Made by a program: the position numbers and the translations under genes. This document shows, one piece after another, positions 8,192 to 13,653 of a DNA stretch of 13,653 bases (the first letter of the stretch is position 1; every line of letters starts with the position of its first letter). The stretch comes from Methanotrichaceae archaeon (lineage in GTDB: Archaea > Halobacteriota > Methanosarcinia > Methanotrichales > Methanotrichaceae): assembly GCA_963813075.1 (NCBI GenBank), contig CAWEXU010000002.1:1-13653 (forward strand). The letters run 5' to 3'. A model generated the notes under the pieces. That model saw only the letters and a program-made list of their open reading frames with translations, was not told the DNA's origin and did no database searches.

Positions 8192-9046
8192 ATGTTGATG
8201 CAATCGAATATGGATATTGACTGGAATTCTGCCTGGAAGGACCTCTACGAAAAGAACGCAGAGTGTCGAGGCAAAGGAGAATGCGCTTCGATCTGGGCCT
8301 CTCGAGATAGTGCCCGTGCGTTTTTGGCACAGTCACGGGAGAGGCCTGAGCGCATTCTTCAAGACATCGAGGGCCTGCCCATCAAGGCCGACTCTAAGGT
8401 GCTGGACATTGGCGCAGGTCCCGGCACTCTTGCCGTTCCCCTGGCCGCCCGTGTCGCCTCCGTGACTGCCGTCGAGCCTGCGGCGGGAATGGCGGAGGTG
8501 ATGAGCGAGCATGCCCTGGAAAAGGGTGTAACAAACCTTTCAATTGTTCGCAAACGCTGGGAGAATGTCGATTCTAAAAAAGACCTCGATGGTCCCTATG
8601 ATCTCGTCATCGCCCGGCATTCGCTCGGAATGCCGAATATCAGGGATGCGATAAAAGCGATGTGCGAAGCATCGTCAGAATGGGTCTATCTCTTCTGGTT
8701 TGCAGGGAGCACTGGATGGGAGAGGGCAATGATTGATCTCTGGCCTAAACTGCATGGCAGAGAATATCGTTCTGGTCCAAAGGCAGACATACTCTACAAC
8801 GTCCTCTACTCGATGGGAATCTATCCCAATGTTGAGACGGTGCAGATGGAGTACGCACGCAAGTTCCCTGATCTCAATGCCGCTTTAAAAGAGTTCAGGG
8901 AGCAGTACATGATATCATCCCCTGCCCAAGAGGAGATCCTGCGAGGGCATCTCCAAGAGAGCCTCTCGAAAACCAGCGAGGGCCTGGTGAATTCGATGAT
9001 GACGAATCAGGTAAGGCTCTGGTGGAGTGTAGACCGTTGTCGATGA
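8192..9046 (+). CDS. Class I SAM-dependent methyltransferase (MT1)
   Basis: Motif I VLDIGAGPGTLA, then VTAVEP and YDLVIA. No signal peptide. The true start may be ATG 8198, 6 nt after GAGGT. Confidence 0.9.
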   Translation: MLMQSNMDIDWNSAWKDLYEKNAECRGKGECASIWASRDSARAFLAQSRERPERILQDIEGLPIKADSKVLDIGAGPGTLAVPLAARVASVTAVEPAAGMAEVMSEHALEKGVTNLSIVRKRWENVDSKKDLDGPYDLVIARHSLGMPNIRDAIKAMCEASSEWVYLFWFAGSTGWERAMIDLWPKLHGREYRSGPKADILYNVLYSMGIYPNVETVQMEYARKFPDLNAALKEFREQYMISSPAQEEILRGHLQESLSKTSEGLVNSMMTNQVRLWWSVDRCR

Positions 9047-9176
9047 GAGATTTCGCGTTGTCCACAAGCCATCCTCGGGCTCTTTTATTGCGCCTGTGCC
9101 ATCCTGTGAGATGATGCCTGCGGTCATTGAGTTACTATCTCTCTCATATTTTTTAACATATATTATTACTTGTTGA

Positions 9177-9190
9177 GCAAGATTTATAAC
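9177..9190 (+). promoter_or_regulatory. Putative internal BRE/TATA promoter for SBP4-SBP5-MT2
   Basis: GCAAGA-TTTATAAC (TATA 9183-9190) in an AT-rich 167-nt spacer. It resembles GAAAGA-TTTAATAC at 12833-12846. A T-rich run (9149-9154) lies upstream. Confidence 0.55.
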
Positions 9191-9213
9191 CAGGTCTACA
9201 CGTCATTTCCTCC

Positions 9214-10455
9214 ATGTCAAGAAATAATCGGATCAAATCCAATAGAACGAAGACGGCAATTGGCATGGCGAGTTTTTATTTATTCTCCTTGGCTTTGGTT
9301 CTTGTGTTCGCAGGAGTTGCAGCATCTGAAGAGCATGGCAATGATCAGGCCAAAAAGAATATAACAGCAAACTTTTCGATGTGTGATGGCGATCTAAAGA
9401 CTGTCAAAGACGGCTTTGGAGAGAACGTTTCCCTATGCATGCCAATAGAGCGTATTGTGAGCCCTTGGTGCACCAATAATGAGCTATTGAAAGTAATTGG
9501 GGCATCCGATAAAATAGTGGCCGTGGATTCCGGCATGACTGGTGTAAGTACTGCTTTGTTTCCGGAATTCAAGGATCTCCCAGATTGCGGTTCATGGGTA
9601 GAACCAGATTTTGAGACGATCTTGAGTCTTAAACCTGATCTATATATCCCCTGGACTCAGATACCGTCCCGACTATCTGTTAATACGACGGGTGCATCAC
9701 TGTATGGAATCCAGAGAAAGAGATTTCTCGAAGAACAGCTTCCCGGAGTATCCATTCTATGCATAGATAACAACGAGTACCTCGGATGGAAAAATTTCCT
9801 GAATGAAACAAGGATGTTGGGGGAGGTATTAGACCGACAGGAGAAAGCCAATGAGTTCATTGATTTCTATACGGATTGCATGGCTCCCATCATAGAGGGC
9901 ACAAAAAGCCTTTCAGAAAATGAAAAGCCACGAGTATGGATTACGTCTCTATTCTCCACAGGTGGCAAGGTTACGACACAGCCTCGTGCCTATCCATTGT
10001 TTGAACCTGTAGATTTGGCCGGGGGAGATAACATTGCGTCTGAATTGCCTGGCGACGGCAGACAGGTGGATATAGAATGGATAATCAAGCAAAATCCGGA
10101 GTATATCTTTATACAAATATGGGCGGCTGGCAATAAGAAATCGCCCTATGATTCTGATTATCCCTTATCGATCGCAAAAGAACAGGTTGAAGAGATCCTG
10201 AAGATGCCGCAGCTCGCTCAGGTAGATGCCGTAAAGAACAAGAGGGTCTATGTCATACAGTATTCACACTTCACAAAAGGACCTTCCAGAGCTATTGCTA
10301 CAGCTTACCTGGCAAAACTGCTTCATCCTGATTTATTCGTGAGCTTGGATCCGATAAAGATGCATCAGGAGTACGTAGACCGCTTCTTGAAGATCAACTT
10401 CAATATAACTGAGAATAGGGCCAATTTCATTTACCCCTATTTGGAGGATCTATGA
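9214..10455 (+). CDS. SBP4: type III ABC substrate-binding protein (second subfamily)
   Basis: Basic n-region plus hydrophobic signal (…FSLALVLVFAGVAA). Motifs TVKDGFGENV, DCGSWVEPDFETILSLKPDL, DIEWIIKQNPEYI, VDAVKNKRVY, LAKLLHPDLF. Alternative start at ATG 9265. Confidence 0.9.
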   Translation: MSRNNRIKSNRTKTAIGMASFYLFSLALVLVFAGVAASEEHGNDQAKKNITANFSMCDGDLKTVKDGFGENVSLCMPIERIVSPWCTNNELLKVIGASDKIVAVDSGMTGVSTALFPEFKDLPDCGSWVEPDFETILSLKPDLYIPWTQIPSRLSVNTTGASLYGIQRKRFLEEQLPGVSILCIDNNEYLGWKNFLNETRMLGEVLDRQEKANEFIDFYTDCMAPIIEGTKSLSENEKPRVWITSLFSTGGKVTTQPRAYPLFEPVDLAGGDNIASELPGDGRQVDIEWIIKQNPEYIFIQIWAAGNKKSPYDSDYPLSIAKEQVEEILKMPQLAQVDAVKNKRVYVIQYSHFTKGPSRAIATAYLAKLLHPDLFVSLDPIKMHQEYVDRFLKINFNITENRANFIYPYLEDL

Positions 10456-11660
10456 ATTGGAGATCTGTTGTTAGAGGATGTCTGATGTTGTTTTCCATTG
10501 CGTGCATGATTGGATGCAGCAGTGCTGCGGCGGCTGCTCAATCTGGAGACGGCACCAGCAAGATAATCACTGATATGCGTGGGGCAGAGGTCTCAGTCCC
10601 TCAGGACCCTCAGAGGATTGTTGTGATGGATGATGGAACGGTCGAAAGCATGATGGTGATCTTCGGCGTGTCAGATAGGATTGTCGGCCTTCCCAGAACG
10701 CCGAAGAACTATACCTACAACTTTACCAGCGTGATAACGAACGAGACCTATTGGTATAGAGGGGGTAGAGGCGTTTCTCTCGTGCTTTGCCCCGATCTTG
10801 CCAAGGCGACCGTTGTAGGGCGAAATGCACCAAACTACGAGACTCTTGCCTCACTATCTCCTGATCTTGTTATTCTCAACTCGGGATCATGCAGCTTCCC
10901 AGATTGGAAAAAAGACGAGAAATCGGAAAAGGTCATCGAGATGATCGAGAAGATGGGAATTCCAGTCGTTGTGATAGAAGCGCCTGAGTGCAGCGCCAAC
11001 CCTGACCTGGAAAACCTCTACAAAGAGATATCTATTCTTGGAGAGATATTCGGAAAGGAGGACAAGGCAAATCAGGTCGTCTCCTTCTTGCGAGAGCAGG
11101 TCGCCTTCATTGAGGATAGAACCAATGGCGTACCTGCTAAGGATCAGCCTTCCGTTCTATTCTTCGGACTCTCTTCGACTGATATTAAAAAGGGCGGTGT
11201 CGGGAATGTGAAGGGTAAGGATACTCCAGAGGACTTCTTCCTTCATGAGATTATCCACGCAAACAATGCGTACTCTGATTCGGGAAGTCCAACGGTCTCC
11301 GCAGAGCAGGTCCTGGCTCTGGATCCTGATGTGATCCTGCTTCCCACTTCTAATGGATATCATCCACCGAAGGAGCTCTATGAGTGTGCGCCATTCCAGA
11401 GTCTCTCAGAGCTGTCTGCAGTTAAGAGCCATCGGGTGTACTCATTGCCCTGGACTCCGAGCAGATGTGCAACCCGTCCCGAGTTTCCAATCGATCTGAT
11501 GATTGCAGCAAAGGCTGCTTATCCGGATAAGTTCTCAGACATTATGGTTAACGATTGGGTACTTGACTTTTATGCCGGCCTTTATGGCGTGGACAAGGAG
11601 ACCGCTCAGACACTCAGGACAGCTCAGTGGCTCGATTGGACTGTCGAGGATGATTTCTGA
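10452..11660 (+). CDS. SBP5: type III ABC substrate-binding protein (Cys/GYHPP paralog group)
   Basis: ATGA overlap with SBP4. Signal peptide with a possible lipobox (MIGC). Motifs IITDMRGAEV, NYETLASLSPDLVI, SAEQVLALDPDVI. The C-terminus WVLDFY.GLYGVDKETA..LR.AQWL.WTVE..F is shared with SBP2. Confidence 0.9.
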   Translation: MNWRSVVRGCLMLFSIACMIGCSSAAAAAQSGDGTSKIITDMRGAEVSVPQDPQRIVVMDDGTVESMMVIFGVSDRIVGLPRTPKNYTYNFTSVITNETYWYRGGRGVSLVLCPDLAKATVVGRNAPNYETLASLSPDLVILNSGSCSFPDWKKDEKSEKVIEMIEKMGIPVVVIEAPECSANPDLENLYKEISILGEIFGKEDKANQVVSFLREQVAFIEDRTNGVPAKDQPSVLFFGLSSTDIKKGGVGNVKGKDTPEDFFLHEIIHANNAYSDSGSPTVSAEQVLALDPDVILLPTSNGYHPPKELYECAPFQSLSELSAVKSHRVYSLPWTPSRCATRPEFPIDLMIAAKAAYPDKFSDIMVNDWVLDFYAGLYGVDKETAQTLRTAQWLDWTVEDDF

Positions 11661-11696
11661 AAACGAATGATTTCAAGTGAATGAGGAATATTACAC

Positions 11697-12731
11697 ATGC
11701 TGGAAAACATTAAGCAGGACTTCGAGCAGGTTCTGGAATCGGATAAGGACTCCAGCGATCTCCGCAGTCTGTCTATATCTCTGGATACCTTTTATGCCCT
11801 TTCCTCAGCCCTTGAGGTGGGAATATTTCAGGGTTTGGAGGAGCCCAAAAGCTCCTCAGAGCTAGCCGAGACTCTGGGCCTTCATGCAGGAATCGCTGAG
11901 AAGCTCTGCAAGGCCCTCGCATCGAGAGGATATCTGTCCAGAGAGGGCGGCAATTATGCCCTCTCCGATCAGGCCAGAACCTTTCTCACAGAATCCTCTC
12001 CATTCTATCAAGGTAGTCTCATAAAATTAATGAAGAGAACGCGGGAGCAGCGGTGGAGCAGCCTGGCCAGAGCTCTCAAAGAAGGCCCGATCGCCGCTCC
12101 CTCAGGATCTCAGGTCTTCGATGAGTTCTTCGCTCTGGCTATGGCCGAGGGTGCAGTTGGCGGATCGCTGCAAAGGACGATAAAAGCATTGAAGAGAATG
12201 CCAGAGTTTCATAAAGCCAGAAGATGCCTCGACCTGGGAGGCAGTCATGGGCTCTACTCACTGGCATTTTCCAGGTCGAATCCGGAACTTGAGGTAGTCC
12301 TCTTCGATCTTCCAAAAGTAATAGAGGGCGCTGCTAAAAAAGTAGTGTCTGACTCGGAGCGAATTGTCACAACGGCAGGAGATTTTAAGAGAGATGATCT
12401 GGGCAAGGATTACGATTTTGTCTTTGCCTCAGATGTGCTCTACAGGGAGGGGAAATTGCTCCGTCCTTTGCTGACCAGGATCAGGGACAGCCTGAAACAC
12501 GACGGGCTGCTGATATGCAAGCACTTTCATATCGACGACCTCGAGATTGACTCATCGGCTGTTCTCTTTGATCTGATGTTCTCCATATCCGGGACAGGTA
12601 GTGTCGTTTATTCGTCGGCTGATTTCTGCCGCCTCCTGGAGTCGGCAGGATTCTCAATAGTTCAGGTGGAAGATATCAGCAGCCCTGTAAGTCCCAGCAA
12701 GATCATAACGGCAAGAAAGCTCGGGGATTGA
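11697..12731 (+). CDS. O-methyltransferase-type SAM methyltransferase with N-terminal dimerisation/winged-helix domain (MT2)
   Basis: N-terminal ALEVGIFQGL..PKSSSELAETLG...LASRGYL, then CLDLGGSHG, LFDLPKV, AGDF, YDFVFASDVL. This is the Methyltransf_2-like architecture. GAGG RBS at 11683-11686. Confidence 0.9.
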   Translation: MLENIKQDFEQVLESDKDSSDLRSLSISLDTFYALSSALEVGIFQGLEEPKSSSELAETLGLHAGIAEKLCKALASRGYLSREGGNYALSDQARTFLTESSPFYQGSLIKLMKRTREQRWSSLARALKEGPIAAPSGSQVFDEFFALAMAEGAVGGSLQRTIKALKRMPEFHKARRCLDLGGSHGLYSLAFSRSNPELEVVLFDLPKVIEGAAKKVVSDSERIVTTAGDFKRDDLGKDYDFVFASDVLYREGKLLRPLLTRIRDSLKHDGLLICKHFHIDDLEIDSSAVLFDLMFSISGTGSVVYSSADFCRLLESAGFSIVQVEDISSPVSPSKIITARKLGD

Positions 12732-12785
12732 AGCTTTGCAGCAGATATATCCGGCTGCAAAATTCAATCATTTTATCTATTTTTT
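12726..12785 (+). terminator. Stem-loop plus T-tract terminator after MT2
   Basis: GATTGAA(12726-32)/TTCAATC(12763-69) encloses TTTGCAGC(12735-42)/GCTGCAAA(12754-61), followed by TTTTATCTATTTTTT. Confidence 0.7.
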
Positions 12786-12803
12786 AAATATGGCTTATTT
12801 TGC

Positions 12804-12825
12804 AATCAGTAGCAATTGATGCTAA
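12804..12825. promoter_or_regulatory. Candidate operator, copy 2 (AATCAGTA-N8-TGCTAA)
   Basis: AATCAGTA gcaattga TGCTAA. All 14 arm positions are identical to 2332-2353. It ends 13 nt upstream of a TATA-like box. Confidence 0.5.
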
Positions 12826-12832
12826 TATAATA

Positions 12833-12846
12833 GAAAGATTTAATAC
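12833..12846 (+). promoter_or_regulatory. Putative BRE/TATA promoter for SBP6
   Basis: GAAAGA-TTTAATAC downstream of the terminator and about 130 nt before the SBP6 ATG. Confidence 0.55.
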
Positions 12847-12973
12847 CAATAACAATGTTCAGGTGTGTTGTGTAATTCATGCGGATGGCAATATGCATGC
12901 ATTCGAAGTCTTCACAGCAAGAACGACGAAAATGCGGTATGGTGTTGGGAAATAAAATGGGGAGTTGCGTCAA

Positions 12974-13653
12974 ATGAAAAGTACTATTTTAATATCAGTG
13001 ATCTTATTGGCTCTGATTCCCGTTTCTAATGCATCCGGCTGGACCCTGGGGATCTTTGGAAACGCCAATTTGGACGATACCATTGATGAGGCTGATATTG
13101 GCTATGTTGAAGGAATACTGGCCGGAAAAAATAATTCGACCGATTTCGCCGATGCAAATCACGACGGTCTGGTGGACGAAAAGGACATTGAGCAGATAAG
13201 ATCTATCATAAAGGGCGAAGAGAAGGAGCTTACCTTGGTGGATACGGCAGACCGAGTGGTCACCGTTAAGAAGCCTCTGAAGACCCTGGTGGGCTCAAAT
13301 ATTGCCGTTATGAAATCACTGGGGATGGATATTAAGGATATGGTTATCGGAAGATACAACCAGGTCGATGTGGAGGCCTTCCCTGAGCTTTCCGATGATC
13401 TTCTCGATGTAGGATCTGGATGGTCCCCGGACATTGAAAAGATCCTCACGCTAAATCCAGATGCTGTGTTCCTTTATCCACCCGGATTTACCTACGATAC
13501 AAAGCCAACATTGCAGTCTCTTGAGTCATCGGGAATGATCGTTCTCTGCTTCAAGCTGCAGACTCCGAAAATTCACCAGGAAGAGGTAACCAAGCTGGGA
13601 TACATATTCAACAAGAGAAAAGAGGCAGAGAAATATCTCGACTGGTATGAGAA
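12974..13653 (+). CDS. SBP6: type III ABC substrate-binding protein with N-terminal dockerin-like domain, 3'-truncated (absent from the ORF track)
   Basis: Hand translation: MKSTILISVILLALIPVSNASGWTLGIFGNANLDDTIDEADIGYVEGILAGKNNSTDFADANHDGLVDEKDIEQIRSIIKGEEKELTLVDTADRVVTVKKP...DVGSGWSPDIEKILTLNPDAVF...LGYIFNKRKEAEKYLDWYE, open to the window end. GGAG RBS at 12961-12964. Confidence 0.9.
   Translation, partial: MKSTILISVILLALIPVSNASGWTLGIFGNANLDDTIDEADIGYVEGILAGKNNSTDFADANHDGLVDEKDIEQIRSIIKGEEKELTLVDTADRVVTVKKPLKTLVGSNIAVMKSLGMDIKDMVIGRYNQVDVEAFPELSDDLLDVGSGWSPDIEKILTLNPDAVFLYPPGFTYDTKPTLQSLESSGMIVLCFKLQTPKIHQEEVTKLGYIFNKRKEAEKYLDWYE

Noticed and set aside
65..13449. Minus-strand ORFs and short alternative-frame plus-strand ORFs in the track (e.g. 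2569-3075, 6934-7323, 13159-13449, 9170-9364, 11677-11865)
   Set aside because: All lie within or across well-supported + strand genes and show no recognisable motifs. They are shadow ORFs; 13159-13449 is antisense to SBP6.
1..13653. CRISPR array, tRNA/rRNA, transposase/integrase, frameshifted pseudogenes
   Set aside because: No regularly spaced repeats, RNA-gene signatures or recombinase motifs were seen. All complete CDSs are intact and of family-typical length.

Overview
All real genes in this window lie on the + strand. It is most likely from a methanogenic archaeon of the Methanothrix/Methanosarcinales type (inferred from TATA/BRE-like promoters, GGTGA/GGAGG ribosome-binding sites, and dockerin-like modules on binding proteins). 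The order is: the 3' part of a CobN/ChlH(BchH)-family chelatase large subunit; one FecCD/BtuC permease; one ABC ATPase; then at least six type III (BtuF/FhuD-like) substrate-binding proteins (SBPs) interleaved with two different SAM-dependent methyltransferases. The sixth SBP (12974 to the window end) is missing from the ORF track. Two SBPs carry N-terminal dockerin-like Ca-binding repeats, and three form a close paralog group with three conserved Cys and a GYHPP motif. The intergenic DNA holds a repeated semi-palindromic operator-like box (AATCAGTA-N8-TGCTAA), a 63-nt hairpin that could alternatively mask the next ribosome-binding site, and a clear terminator. Working hypothesis: a modular system that scavenges metal chelates or tetrapyrroles (corrinoid, heme, F430-like) and remodels them. 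The substrates cannot be determined from sequence alone.
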